Positions 38,634 to 49,156 of a DNA stretch of 64,000 nucleotides are shown here, one piece after another. The position numbers were made by a program, and so were the translations under genes. The notes below the pieces were generated by a model. That model was not told where the DNA came from. It did no database searches and saw only the letters and a list, made by a program, of their open reading frames with translations. Position 1 is the first letter of the stretch. Each line of letters starts with the position of its first letter. The stretch is from Candidatus Latescibacterota bacterium (GTDB lineage Bacteria; Latescibacterota; UBA2968; UBA8231). The stretch is taken from the NCBI GenBank assembly GCA_965203355.1, contig OZ241889.1:1088001-1152000 (forward strand), read 5' to 3'.

Positions 38634-41111
38634 ATGCAAAGCTACCAGAAAAACAACGTACGAAACCGCAATACAAACGCGTGTTCTCGGCTGCTTAACT
38701 GGCTGTATTGCTTGGCATCGGTGGCCTATGCGGTTCTCGGCCCCCGCGTGCTGTACGCCCATCAAGCGCCGGACCGCACGCTAGACGCCGTGCGTACCGA
38801 AGGCCTCCGCCCGCAGATCGACGGCGTACTCGACGATTCGGTGTGGCAACAGGCTCCGATTTTTACGGGTTTCGTCCAGCGCGAGCCCGAGGAAGGGCAG
38901 CCAGCCAGCGAAAGGACCACTGTACAGTTGGCGTACGACGACGAGGCACTCTACGTGGGGATCATGGCCTACGATTCAACGCCCGAGCAGATCGTCTCGC
39001 GCTTGGTCCGCCGCGACCAGTGGACCGAAGCCGATTGGCTCCAAGTCAGCTTGGACACCCATCACGATCACCAGACGGGCTACGCCTTTATCGTGTACGC
39101 TGGCGGGTCGATCTACGACGCTGTAATCAAGGACTATGGCTGGGACAACGACACGTGGAATGGCGTGTGGGAGTCCGCGCACGTCATCGGCGCAGAGGGA
39201 TGGAGCGTGGAGTTTGCCATTCCGTTCCACAACCTCCGCTTTAGCCAAGGCGGGGGCTGGGGCATCAACGTAGCCCGCTACATCAGCCGCAAGAAGGAAC
39301 AGGCTTTCTGGGTCATGGTCCCGCGCAAGGAGAGCGGCTCGGTCTCGCGCTTTGCCCACTTAGAGGGCTTGGCGAATATCGAATCTAAGCGCGTACTGGA
39401 GCTTTTGCCCTACTCGGTGGGCCGCTCCACCGTGGCGGATGCGCACGAATTATTCGGCAATGTCGGGGCCGACTTGCGTTATGGGCTGTCGTCGAACATC
39501 TCGCTCAACGCCACGATCAACCCGGATTTCGGCCAAGTGGAAGCCGACCCGGCCGAACTCAATCTCTCGGTCTTTGAGACGTTCCAAGAAGAGCGCCGCC
39601 CCTTCTTCGTGGAGGATGGCGAGGCGTTCGACACGCCCATCAACCTGTTCTACTCGCGGCGCATCGGTCGCCAGCCCGGCTATCGCGAACTGCCCGATGG
39701 CCACGACAAAATCGGCGAGAGCGAACCCACCACCATTCTGGGCGCGGCCAAGCTAACGGGCAAGACCGCGGCCAAGACCACCTTTGGCCTGCTGACGGCG
39801 CTGACGGCTCAAGAGTACGCGCGGATTGAGACGACCTTGGTGCGCGAGGGGTCCGGCGAAAAGTACCAAGAGCGCCGCGACTTTCTCGTTGAGCCGCGCA
39901 CTCACTTTCTCGTCGGCCGCGTCAAACAAGATCTATTTGCTGGCAACTCGCACGTCGGCCTTTTGGGCACGGCTGTGCAGCGCGACCGCGCGCAAGACGC
40001 CTATACCGGCGGCGTGGACTGGACCCTCAAGTGGCGCGACAACGGGTACACCTTTTGGGGCCAACTCGCTGGCAGCCGCGCCACAGTGGATGACCAACGC
40101 CGCAGCGGTTTGGGCAATATGGCGGTCTTGAGCAAAAACAGCGGCTGGTTGCGCGGCGAGCTTTGGTGGGAGGCCTATTCGCGACATTTCGAGATCGACG
40201 ACCTCGGCTTCCAATGGCGCAGCGACTTTTACAATCCTTGGCTCTGGATCCAGCTGCGCAAGGAAGAAGACTGGGCCATTTTCCGCCGCAATTTCTACAA
40301 CTTCAACCGCTGGGGCACGTGGAACTTCGACCGCACCAACCTGCAAAACGGCTTTGACTTCAACACGCACCACCAGTTCAAAAACTACTGGTGGGTCCAC
40401 TTCGACTACTACCACATGTGGCGGTCCTTCGACGATCTGGACACGCGCGGTGGTCCCCCCATCGCGCGGCCGGCCAGCGATGGCTTTGAGATTGAGTTGG
40501 AAAGCGATGACCGCTTCATGGTCAGTGGTTGGGTTGAGTTTGAATGGGAGGACAACTCGGTCGGCAGCACCCGCCGCGAAGTTTCCGGCCGCATCCGCGT
40601 CCGGCCGACCTCGCGGTTCGAGATCAGTCTGCGGCCGCGCTATAGTTGGAATTTCAACCATGCCCAATGGGTCGAAAACTTCGACGTGGACGCCGACGGC
40701 GAAGACGATCAATTCGTGTACGGAGAATTAGACAGCCAAACCCTCGACCTGACGACGCGGGCTAACATTCTCTTCAGCCGCGACTTGAGCTTGGAGGTCT
40801 ATCTCCAGCCTTTTATTAGCGCGGGCCAATACGCCAACTTCAAGGCGTTAGCGCGGCCGCGCTCCTACTCGTTTGTCGCGCATCCCGGCCCCGAGGAAAA
40901 CCCCGATTTCCGCAACCGCTCGCTGCAAAGCAATGTCGTCCTGCGCTGGGAGTACAAGCCGGGCAGCACGCTTTTCGTGGTCTGGTCGCAGTTCCGCGAC
41001 GACGAGTCCGATTTGGGCGCATTTCGCCCCGGGTACAATCTGCGGCGCAGCTTTTTGGACGATGGGACCAACATCTTCTTGGCGAAGCTCAACTACTGGC
41101 TGAATATTTAG
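38634..41111 (+). CDS. DUF5916 / CBM9-like outer-membrane protein
   Basis: PQIDGVLDDSVW, AYDDEALY, WSVEFAIPF, NPDFGQVEAD, EERRPFFVE, FYSRRIG, C-terminal KLNYWL beta-signal. Confidence 0.85.
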   Translation: MQSYQKNNVRNRNTNACSRLLNWLYCLASVAYAVLGPRVLYAHQAPDRTLDAVRTEGLRPQIDGVLDDSVWQQAPIFTGFVQREPEEGQPASERTTVQLAYDDEALYVGIMAYDSTPEQIVSRLVRRDQWTEADWLQVSLDTHHDHQTGYAFIVYAGGSIYDAVIKDYGWDNDTWNGVWESAHVIGAEGWSVEFAIPFHNLRFSQGGGWGINVARYISRKKEQAFWVMVPRKESGSVSRFAHLEGLANIESKRVLELLPYSVGRSTVADAHELFGNVGADLRYGLSSNISLNATINPDFGQVEADPAELNLSVFETFQEERRPFFVEDGEAFDTPINLFYSRRIGRQPGYRELPDGHDKIGESEPTTILGAAKLTGKTAAKTTFGLLTALTAQEYARIETTLVREGSGEKYQERRDFLVEPRTHFLVGRVKQDLFAGNSHVGLLGTAVQRDRAQDAYTGGVDWTLKWRDNGYTFWGQLAGSRATVDDQRRSGLGNMAVLSKNSGWLRGELWWEAYSRHFEIDDLGFQWRSDFYNPWLWIQLRKEEDWAIFRRNFYNFNRWGTWNFDRTNLQNGFDFNTHHQFKNYWWVHFDYYHMWRSFDDLDTRGGPPIARPASDGFEIELESDDRFMVSGWVEFEWEDNSVGSTRREVSGRIRVRPTSRFEISLRPRYSWNFNHAQWVENFDVDADGEDDQFVYGELDSQTLDLTTRANILFSRDLSLEVYLQPFISAGQYANFKALARPRSYSFVAHPGPEENPDFRNRSLQSNVVLRWEYKPGSTLFVVWSQFRDDESDLGAFRPGYNLRRSFLDDGTNIFLAKLNYWLNI

Positions 41112-41194
41112 GGCGGGGATGTGGCGGCCTTGTCGTGCCGAGAAATGAGTGTGGCACAACATACAAGCCCTTTTTGCGCCGCCAACGCATCTAA

Positions 41195-41337
41195 GAAGCG
41201 TTTTTAAAATTCTCGTTGGACTCCTTCAACGGGCCGTCGAGAGGTTCCTGGAGCGGGCGTTTTCCACGGGCGAGATTCCATTGCTACTAGGCTTTTTGGG
41301 GTTCAAAAAACAATAAGAATAATTTTAAAAAGGCTTC
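41195..41337. mobile_element. MITE
   Basis: same TIRs and TAA flanks as 17215-17358. Confidence 0.85.
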
Positions 41338-41340
41338 TAA

Positions 41341-41453
41341 GAAGCGTTTTTAAAACTCTCGTCGCCCGCTGCAAAGGCGGTCGGGCGTTTTCCGCGGGCG
41401 ATAGATTGTTTTATTAACGCAAAGGGCCATAAGAGGAATCTTAAAAACGCTTC
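41341..41453. mobile_element. MITE, second subtype, tandem to the previous copy
   Basis: GAAGCGTTTTTAA..TTAAAAACGCTTC; shares the TAA at 41338-41340. Confidence 0.85.
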
Positions 41454-41529
41454 TAAAACCTTGTGTCCATGGCCCGCGTCGCGTCGTGCGGTTTTGAGAG
41501 CGACCGCAAAATGCAGATATTGTACCGCC

Positions 41530-42480
41530 ATGCGCTCTCTATTGCTGTTATTCGCCCTCATTATGGCGGGCTGCTATGCGGCCTCGCTCGGGCCAGACCC
41601 CTTGGGCCCCTTTGCCGCGCGCACCGACCACCTCCACCGCCTAGAACCGCTCGGCGAGCGCATCTTGCACGGGGCCGCGCTCAGCTTTGGACCGCTCGAT
41701 TCCGAAGATCGCTCGCGCCCGCTGGTCTATGCCGTGTACTACGCGCTCCACGACCTGCCCTACGACTGGCATCTAGCTGTACGCACGCATCTGGACCAAC
41801 ACGCAGGCTACGGTCTGCCGCAAATCGACCTTGGTTTTAACGCGGCCGGCCAGCCCTACGAGGCGGCCATTGCCGCAGGCCAATTCGACGAGGCGATTGA
41901 GCGGCTCTGCTGGGGGTTACAGCAGCTAGATCGCCCGGCCCTGCTGCGGTTGGGCTATGCGTTCAATAGCTCTTGGCGTGCCTATGAGGCGACGAGCTAT
42001 GTCGAGGCTTGGCAGCGGCTAGCGCAAACGCTGCGGGGTCGCTGGGGCTTGGACCACGTCGCGCTGGTTTGGACGCATAAGAACGATGGCGGGTCCGATT
42101 ACTTGGCCTACTATCCGGGGGATGAGTACGTCGATTGGTGGTCCGTTGACGTGGCGGCACCGCAAGACCTGCGGCTCAGCCGCGCCTTTGTCGAGGCGGC
42201 GCGGGAGCGCGGCTATCCCGTGCTCGTCGGCGTGGTCTCGCCTACCGACTTAGGCCGGGCCGAGCAGGCGTGGTCTCATTGGTTCATCCCCTTCCTCCGC
42301 TTTTTGCGTCACCACCCCAACATCAAGGCGTTTACTCACATAGATTGGGACTGGTCGCAAGCGGAGCGCTTTGTCGATCCCATACTCTTTGCGCGCTACC
42401 GCAGCGAGTTGACGCACCCGATTTACCAACACGTGGTCTCGCCCGCCGATTTGCACTGGCACCTAAATCTCGATCCTTAG
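41530..42480 (+). CDS. glycoside hydrolase family 26-like lipoprotein, apparently non-catalytic
   Basis: MAGC lipobox; IAAGQFD, YYPGDEYVDWW, PNIKAF. Confidence 0.75.
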   Translation: MRSLLLLFALIMAGCYAASLGPDPLGPFAARTDHLHRLEPLGERILHGAALSFGPLDSEDRSRPLVYAVYYALHDLPYDWHLAVRTHLDQHAGYGLPQIDLGFNAAGQPYEAAIAAGQFDEAIERLCWGLQQLDRPALLRLGYAFNSSWRAYEATSYVEAWQRLAQTLRGRWGLDHVALVWTHKNDGGSDYLAYYPGDEYVDWWSVDVAAPQDLRLSRAFVEAARERGYPVLVGVVSPTDLGRAEQAWSHWFIPFLRFLRHHPNIKAFTHIDWDWSQAERFVDPILFARYRSELTHPIYQHVVSPADLHWHLNLDP

Positions 42481-42529
42481 AGAAAGGGCGCCGGAGATGG
42501 AGCAAGGATAAAGAGGGGGTTGTAGTGCG

Positions 42530-43759
42530 ATGAAGCGAGCGGAACTTCTCGAACTGATAGCGGGCGGCGAGAACTCTGGAGTGGAGTTCAAGCGGGATGA
42601 TTTGCGGCCAGAGCAACTGGCGCGAGAGGTGGTGGCACTCGCCAACTTTCAGGGAGGTCGCGTCCTCCTCGGAGTAGAAGACGACGGCACCATCACCGGC
42701 ATCCAGCGGGACGATCTCGAGCAGTGGGTGATGGATTCTGTGTTTGGGCGGGTGGTGCATCCGATGATACTGCCGTTCTACGAGGAAATTCCGCTAGATG
42801 ATGTTCGCCGCGTTGCGGTTGTTACTGTCGCGCAAGGTGCTACTAAACCGTATGTCGTCCGGTATCGCGGGCGGGAAGACATCTACGTCCGGGTCGGCAG
42901 CACCGCTCGGCTGGCTTCGCGCGAGCAGCAGGCGCGGCTTTTTGCCGCTGGTGGGTTGATCCACACGGAGCTGTTGCCGGTTTCCGGCAGTGGCCTGTGC
43001 GATTTGAGTCGGGAACGGCTGGCGGACTATCTCACTGCCATCGTCGGCGACCGAGAAGTGCCGAAGACCGAGGAGGCGTGGAACGAGCGGCTTTGTGCGC
43101 TGGGGTTCATGGTCGAGCGGGCAGACGGGCCGCCCACCTGTACGATCGCCGGATTGATCTTGTTTGGCTATCGACCGCGCCGACTGTTGCGCCATGCTGG
43201 CATCCGCTGGATGTGCTTTGAGGGAGCGGAGAAAACCTACGATGCCATGGACGATCAAGTGCTCGAAGGGCCTCTGGTCGATCTGTGGCAGGTGCTGTCC
43301 GGGGGACGTGAACGGGTGGAAAAGGGGCTGATTGAACGCCTGGCCGATACCATGCGGCCGTTCGTGTCCGAGGAGGCGGAGCAAGTAGAAGCGTCTATGC
43401 GTCGAGAACGACGTTGGCACTATCCGCTCGAAGCACTGCGCGAAGGCGTTGTCAATGCGTTGACGCATCGGGACTGGACGCGGTACGAGGAGATTGAGGT
43501 GGTTCGTTATGCGGATCGGATAGAGATACTCAGCCCTGGTGCCTTGCAAAACGGCATGACGATTAAAAAAATGATCGCGGGCCAGCGAGTTCCGCGCAAT
43601 CTGCTCATCTCCGAGACGTTGCGGGATTATAGGTACGCGGATGCACGCGGTATGGGAGTGAGGAACAAAATTATTCCGTTGATGCGGGCGCACAACGGGA
43701 TTGACCCCGAATTTGAGGCGACAGAGGATTACTTGCGGTTGACGCTGCGCCGCGGCTGA
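42530..43759 (+). CDS. Schlafen/AlbA_2 domain protein with HATPase_c_4-like domain
   Basis: GENSGVEFK, ALANFQGG, LGVEDDG; YPLEALREGVVNALTHRD, EILSPG, PRN, GMGV. Confidence 0.88.
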   Translation: MKRAELLELIAGGENSGVEFKRDDLRPEQLAREVVALANFQGGRVLLGVEDDGTITGIQRDDLEQWVMDSVFGRVVHPMILPFYEEIPLDDVRRVAVVTVAQGATKPYVVRYRGREDIYVRVGSTARLASREQQARLFAAGGLIHTELLPVSGSGLCDLSRERLADYLTAIVGDREVPKTEEAWNERLCALGFMVERADGPPTCTIAGLILFGYRPRRLLRHAGIRWMCFEGAEKTYDAMDDQVLEGPLVDLWQVLSGGRERVEKGLIERLADTMRPFVSEEAEQVEASMRRERRWHYPLEALREGVVNALTHRDWTRYEEIEVVRYADRIEILSPGALQNGMTIKKMIAGQRVPRNLLISETLRDYRYADARGMGVRNKIIPLMRAHNGIDPEFEATEDYLRLTLRRG

Positions 43760-43850
43760 GGGATTGTAGGGTTGCCGCTGGAATGGACCGTGCGCCATTG
43801 CACGTACCTACCAAGCCAGCTAGTTTTCATCACATCAGAAAGGAGAGATC

Positions 43851-44648
43851 GTGACGTCAGAATACAAGGTTTTGCTCATCGGCGGGCGCGGCGCGATTGG
43901 CTCGGGCCTGCGGACCTATATGCCGCGGCTTGACTCGCGCTACCGCATGGTTTCCGTGGATTTGCCCGGTGCGCCAGACAAGGCGACCGAGCCAGATGCC
44001 GGAGGGGATTTTATCGACCTCGATATCATGGCATCGCCGGATGAATTCCGCGCCCTGATCCCCGGGTGCGACTTGGTCGTCTATCTGGCCCGCTGTGGCG
44101 GCTTGGCGGCCATGAACGAGATGACCGATTTGGTTTTTGAAGCACTATTAGCCCAAGACGAGCCGCCGATGATCGTTGGCTCCAGTTCAGTACACGCGGT
44201 TGATGGACTGTACGACTTTAACCAGCCGGGCTTCTTTTGGACGTTGGCCGAGCGGCAGTTCGACGCGATAAGCGAGTGGCCCGAGCGGATTTCCGCGGCC
44301 GTGCCGGCGCATCCGATCAACGACTACGGACGCGAAAAAGCCCACGTAGAGGCGTGGGTGCAGAAGGTCGCCGACCAGGGCCACAGCGCGGTTGCCATGC
44401 GCTGGGGCGGCGTCAACCCGCGCAATGCCGTCCGCGTAGCGGAACGGGGTTACTTTGCGGTCTGGTGTCACCAAGAGGACGCCGCCCGCTTGGTCCACGC
44501 CTGCTTCCAGCGGCATTGTGCTGGCGACCTGCCCAGCGGTGCCCACTACTTTGCGATCTCGGACAACACCTATAACATCTTTGACATTGAAACGCCCCGG
44601 CGCGAAGTCGGCTACGATCCAGTACACAACGCGGAGACGTATTACTAA
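43851..44648 (+). CDS. NAD-dependent epimerase/dehydratase family protein
   Basis: IGGRGAIG, SSSVHA, YGREK. Confidence 0.8.
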   Translation: MTSEYKVLLIGGRGAIGSGLRTYMPRLDSRYRMVSVDLPGAPDKATEPDAGGDFIDLDIMASPDEFRALIPGCDLVVYLARCGGLAAMNEMTDLVFEALLAQDEPPMIVGSSSVHAVDGLYDFNQPGFFWTLAERQFDAISEWPERISAAVPAHPINDYGREKAHVEAWVQKVADQGHSAVAMRWGGVNPRNAVRVAERGYFAVWCHQEDAARLVHACFQRHCAGDLPSGAHYFAISDNTYNIFDIETPRREVGYDPVHNAETYY

Positions 44649-45485
44649 ATGAACGACACAGAAAAATTTCTCTTTGATCTCCAGGGCTTCCTAAAGGTCC
44701 CCGGTTTCCTCGCGGCGGGCGAAGTTGATGCACTCAACGCGGCCTTTGACGCCAATGAAGACAAGCGCGGCGAAGACGGCAATCACAATACCGGCGGCAG
44801 CGACGCGCTCGGGGGCCGCCGACGCGGCATGTTCACGGGGATGCTCGAATGGGAAAAACCCCACTGCTTGCCCTTCCGCGCCTTATTGGCGCACAAAAAG
44901 CTCATCTCCTATCTCGACGCGCTCTTTGGTCGCGGCTGGAAGATGGATCACTCGCCCTTCATGCTCTGCGGCGGCAAGGGATCCGCGGGCCTAATCCTCC
45001 ACGGCTCGACTAGCCGCCACTTCAATGGCGCGCAGTACTATGCGTATGCCAACGACCAGATGCGCTGCGGCATGATCGTCTGCCAGTTCCAGCTCGCCGA
45101 CGTCGCCGAGGGGGACGGTGGGCTGTGCGTGATCCCAGGCAGCCACAAGGCCAACTTCCCGCTGCCGGAAAAAATTCGCCACTGGCAGGAGCACCGCGAG
45201 ATTGTGTACAACGTCCCCTGCAAGGCCGGCGACATGGTCATTTTCAACGAGGCGACTCTACACGGTACGCTCCCGTGGACGGCCGAGCATGAGCGGCGTG
45301 CGCTGCTCTACCGCTACTCACCTAAGTACCTGCACTTTGCCGGTGGCACCTATCAGACCAGCCAGCCGGAATGGGTCCGCGAGTTGACCGCGGCGCAACA
45401 GGCCGTGCTCGAACCGCCCTATATCTACAACCGGCCACTGGTGGAAGCCGATGGCGAAAGTGTGGTGCGGCCGCGGACGGGCTGA
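44649..45485 (+). CDS. phytanoyl-CoA dioxygenase (PhyH) family protein
   Basis: FDLQGF, GGLCVIPGSHK, KAGDMVIFNEATLHG. Confidence 0.88.
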   Translation: MNDTEKFLFDLQGFLKVPGFLAAGEVDALNAAFDANEDKRGEDGNHNTGGSDALGGRRRGMFTGMLEWEKPHCLPFRALLAHKKLISYLDALFGRGWKMDHSPFMLCGGKGSAGLILHGSTSRHFNGAQYYAYANDQMRCGMIVCQFQLADVAEGDGGLCVIPGSHKANFPLPEKIRHWQEHREIVYNVPCKAGDMVIFNEATLHGTLPWTAEHERRALLYRYSPKYLHFAGGTYQTSQPEWVRELTAAQQAVLEPPYIYNRPLVEADGESVVRPRTG

Positions 45486-45528
45486 TCGCTCTATTCGCGG
45501 ATGTGGCCCTAACTCAGAAAGGACTCCT

Positions 45529-46542
45529 ATGCCAATCATTGCTGCCAACGATCCCCGCCTGACGTGGAGCGGTGCGATTTCACTTAAAGAAGGGCCGGGC
45601 TGGGCCAAGCCTTGGCGCATTCCCCACGGGGATTTGGACTTGTACTCGCCCGGAGAGAGCGGCCTTGCCGAGCGCGCTGAGATGCCTTCGGGTGTGCGCG
45701 TGCGCTTGGCTACGGATGCTGAGGAATTGGTCGTCGGCTGCGAGCCGCTAGCCGAGGACGGCTGCTTTGACCTGTGCATCGGTGGGCAGATCGCAGCTAC
45801 CGCCCCGTATGCGGCCGGCGCGACTGAGGTGCGCTTTGCGGGCGTACCGGCGGGCGAGAAATCCGTGGAGATTTGGCTGTCGCCAGCTATGCCCGTGGCC
45901 GTGCGCCACCTTGCATTGCCCGAGGGAACACATGGCGAAAAAAGCGAGGACACTCGGCTGAAGTGGGTCGCGTATGGCAGCTCGATCACCCACTGCCGCA
46001 CCGCGGGATCGCCCGCCACCACTTGGCCTGGGGTGGTGGCTCGCGCCCGCGACTTCAACCTCACGTCGCTGGGCTTCGGCGGCCAATGCCACGCCGACCC
46101 GTTCATTGCCCGGCTGATCCGCGACCAGCCCGCGGACTTTATCTCGGTCAAGGTCGGCATCAACATCTACGGGGCCGCCAGCCTCGGCCCGCGCGCCTTC
46201 CGCCCGGCTGTCCTCGGCACCATTGCCACCATCCGCGACGGCCATCCCCACACCCCGTTTGTGGTCTGCTCGCCGATTTGGGGCCACGACCGCGAGGCTA
46301 CGCCCAATGCGGTCGGCCTGACGTTGGAGCAGATGCGCGTCGAGGTTGCAGAAGCTGTGGAGGCGTTCAAAAGGCGCGGCGATGAGAACATCTACTACCT
46401 AGACGGCCTCAAGCTCTTTGGCGAAAGCCTCGCCGAGTATCTGCCGGACAACCTTCATCCAGACGCGAACGGCTACGTGCGGATGGGAGAGAATTTTCTC
46501 GCCGAAGTGTTTGGGGTGCAGGGGGTGGAGGTGGGAAACTAG
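45529..46542 (+). CDS. SGNH/GDSL hydrolase
   Basis: YGSSITH, LGFGG, GIN, DNLHP. Confidence 0.88.
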   Translation: MPIIAANDPRLTWSGAISLKEGPGWAKPWRIPHGDLDLYSPGESGLAERAEMPSGVRVRLATDAEELVVGCEPLAEDGCFDLCIGGQIAATAPYAAGATEVRFAGVPAGEKSVEIWLSPAMPVAVRHLALPEGTHGEKSEDTRLKWVAYGSSITHCRTAGSPATTWPGVVARARDFNLTSLGFGGQCHADPFIARLIRDQPADFISVKVGINIYGAASLGPRAFRPAVLGTIATIRDGHPHTPFVVCSPIWGHDREATPNAVGLTLEQMRVEVAEAVEAFKRRGDENIYYLDGLKLFGESLAEYLPDNLHPDANGYVRMGENFLAEVFGVQGVEVGN

Positions 46543-46563
46543 AGAGCGGAGATATATTTTGCT

Positions 46564-46788
46564 ATGGCCCTGCTCATTCCCATCTTTGCTCTCTTGGCGG
46601 CTTGGACGATACTGCTCTACGGGTTCTGGCAGTACAAGCGAAGCCAAGCCTTGAAGCCATACACGCCCAAACGGGAACGCGCCCGCGGCATCTGCCCTCG
46701 ATCTTTCCCGAAAACACCAACTGGACTTCAGGCTCGACCGGGAACTCAACGCCCTAGAGCGCCAGCGCGGAATGCGCGTTCCCTATAA
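46564..46788 (+). CDS. hypothetical small membrane-anchored protein
   Basis: N-terminal TM helix, basic tail; GGAG upstream. Confidence 0.35.
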   Translation: MALLIPIFALLAAWTILLYGFWQYKRSQALKPYTPKRERARGICPRSFPKTPTGLQARPGTQRPRAPARNARSL

Positions 46789-46859
46789 CCAGCGGTGGTT
46801 GGCGTCAACGGCTTCAGTCGCCGGGTCAGGTGCTCAGCTCTCTTGGCGTCCCGGCTGCT

Positions 46860-48110
46860 TCACGGCCCGTAGTTGATCTTCCACTTGCTCAAATCCGGTC
46901 GGTGCGCTCGTTGTCGTTCTAACTCGTGCGCGTAAATAACCCGGCCTAGTTCGGCCAAAAACGGCAGCCCCACCTCGTCGTACTCGTAGGCCCCATCGTT
47001 AAAAATGCCGTTGTCGTTTACCAACGCCACGGCCGTCAGCAAAAACTCGACCCCGCGCTCAAAATCGACGATATAAGCGTTATCCGTCACATATCCGTAA
47101 GCCAGCCCCACCTTGTTGAAAATCCGCACTGAGTCGGGCATGGGGGCCTTGCTGTCGCCGAACATGAAAAACTTTACGTAGCTGTCGTAGTACTTTTCCG
47201 GGTCGTACTGGGGCTGGGGACACTCGTGCGGCAGCATGGACATGGCGCGGTAGAGGAAGCGGTAGTCGTCGGGCCGCAGGCCGAAGCGCTGTTCTGCGGG
47301 CAACGCCTCGGGGAAAAACACGGCCATGAGCAGGTCTTGCAGCACTCCTACCGACATGTAGTTCGAGCCGGCGAAATCCTTGGGCGCGGCCACTAGTGCT
47401 CCGCCTTGGATGTGTCCCTCGCCCTTGAAGATCGGTGCCGGCGCGCGCCACGTATGCGGATTGACTAGCATGGGCTGTTGGTAGAGGACGTGGTCGCCTC
47501 GGTAGAACGCCAGCGGATTTGTGTGCCGGTTTTCCTCGGGCGAGTGCGCGATGGCGAGCCGGTGCGTCAAGCGCACGTCCCGGTAGCCCTTCTCCCATAG
47601 CCCTTCGTTCATCCGCTGCTGCCCCACGAACTCGTAGAGCCGATTGTACGCGTCGTTGTCGCTGACGGCGAAGAGCTTGCGAATGTAGTGGGCGATGGTG
47701 GGCAGCCCATCCGGTGCGGTTGGATCGGTACGCACGGCGGTCTGCCCGCTGAAGGTGCTGTCGATGCGGACGGGCGTCTGCCGGTCCACGCCCGCTACGC
47801 CTAGTTGATTGAGCTTTTCCAGCGCCAGCAGGGCACCCGCTAGCTTGATCGTGCTCGCCGGATAAAAATAATCCTGCGGATTGACGCGGTACTCGTGGCG
47901 GGTAAAGCGCGGTCGGTTGTCGGCGTCGCGGTCAATTTGCGTATAGAGGATCTGCACCTCGTGCTTGGCCGCCGCCGCGAGCACGGGCGCGCAGATGGGA
48001 TTGGAGCGCAACAAGGATTCGAGCAAGGTTTCTCCGTTTCCGCAGACCGCAGCCGGATAGATGAAAGTCGCAAAAATCGCAACGACTGCGTTGGCTCTAT
48101 TTTTAAGCAT
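46860..48110 (-). CDS. serine hydrolase, class A beta-lactamase-like fold
   Basis: PASTIK (SxxK), SDN, KVG. Confidence 0.85.
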   Translation of the reverse strand: MLKNRANAVVAIFATFIYPAAVCGNGETLLESLLRSNPICAPVLAAAAKHEVQILYTQIDRDADNRPRFTRHEYRVNPQDYFYPASTIKLAGALLALEKLNQLGVAGVDRQTPVRIDSTFSGQTAVRTDPTAPDGLPTIAHYIRKLFAVSDNDAYNRLYEFVGQQRMNEGLWEKGYRDVRLTHRLAIAHSPEENRHTNPLAFYRGDHVLYQQPMLVNPHTWRAPAPIFKGEGHIQGGALVAAPKDFAGSNYMSVGVLQDLLMAVFFPEALPAEQRFGLRPDDYRFLYRAMSMLPHECPQPQYDPEKYYDSYVKFFMFGDSKAPMPDSVRIFNKVGLAYGYVTDNAYIVDFERGVEFLLTAVALVNDNGIFNDGAYEYDEVGLPFLAELGRVIYAHELERQRAHRPDLSKWKINYGP

Positions 48111-48139
48111 GGGCGAAAAGGTAGAACCGGCGCATTCGC

Positions 48140-48850
48140 TTATTCAGATGGCGGGAGTGCGCTTTGGCCGATGGTCTCGATGAAGACTCCGACGAATATC
48201 CAGACTAGCCACAAAAGCCCAAGTGAGAGGGTTGCCTTGCGCACGGGCGCGTTGGCCAGCGCACTTAACCCGACGCCCATGATCCCAATTTGCCACAGGT
48301 CAAAGAGATTGAGGGCCGCAAGAATCCGGCCGCCAAACGTGGCGGCGGCTTCCTCGGATAAAAAGAGGCCCAGCCCCAGATGCGCCCCCATGTCGCCGGT
48401 TGCCAGCACCAGCACCACGCGCACCACCCACTCGATGGCTACCACCAACAGCGCATACGCTTTGACGATCAGCATTTGCCGGTAGCTGACCTCGGCTTGG
48501 AAAGCGGAACGCGCCAGCAGCAAAAGCACGCCTCCGACCGCGATCAGTGAGAAAAAAAGCCCCACCGGGACCACCATCCAGCCATGCGCTTGGAAGGCTT
48601 CTGCTTGCTGCCGCTCGGCCTCGTCCAAGCGTTCTAGCTGCTCTTGGATGGCCGGTGCCCCTACATCGAGGGTCAGGTTGTAGCAGCCAACTCCCACCGC
48701 GCAAACCAAGAGGACTGGTAGCAACCAGTCGTGGGCGCTTTCTTGGCCGCGCACCGCGTCAAAAGCGGTGCGCGGTGCGTAAAAAACGCGCTGCATCCGT
48801 GCGAAAAGGCTTAGGTCTTCGGCGGCAAACCCCGGTCCGGTTGCGCTCAT
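48140..48850 (-). CDS. Yip1 family membrane protein
   Basis: VFYAPRTAF, W..P, LNLFDLW, five TM helices. Confidence 0.78.
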   Translation of the reverse strand: MSATGPGFAAEDLSLFARMQRVFYAPRTAFDAVRGQESAHDWLLPVLLVCAVGVGCYNLTLDVGAPAIQEQLERLDEAERQQAEAFQAHGWMVVPVGLFFSLIAVGGVLLLLARSAFQAEVSYRQMLIVKAYALLVVAIEWVVRVVLVLATGDMGAHLGLGLFLSEEAAATFGGRILAALNLFDLWQIGIMGVGLSALANAPVRKATLSLGLLWLVWIFVGVFIETIGQSALPPSE

Positions 48851-49156
48851 GGGCTGTTTATCTCCATCTATTCCTATTGAATTCCTTTAATATAGAAGCC
48901 GTCGTGCCCATGCCAAACGAAGAATTAGAGGATTAGTTGCTTGTGTTACGGCTGAGATTGACTATATTTAGCCTTTCGTTTGTCTCTGCAATAGTTGTAG
49001 GGGCGTTCAGACCACGTTGGCAGTCGTTCGGATTCGCGTAGATTCCTACCCCCGGGCCAGATGTAGTTCTCCTACCGAAAAGCCTGAAGCAGTAGATTCC
49101 TACTCAAAGTTATTCGCACGTCCTGCTATAACCGCACATTGCAAAGGATTTTACCC

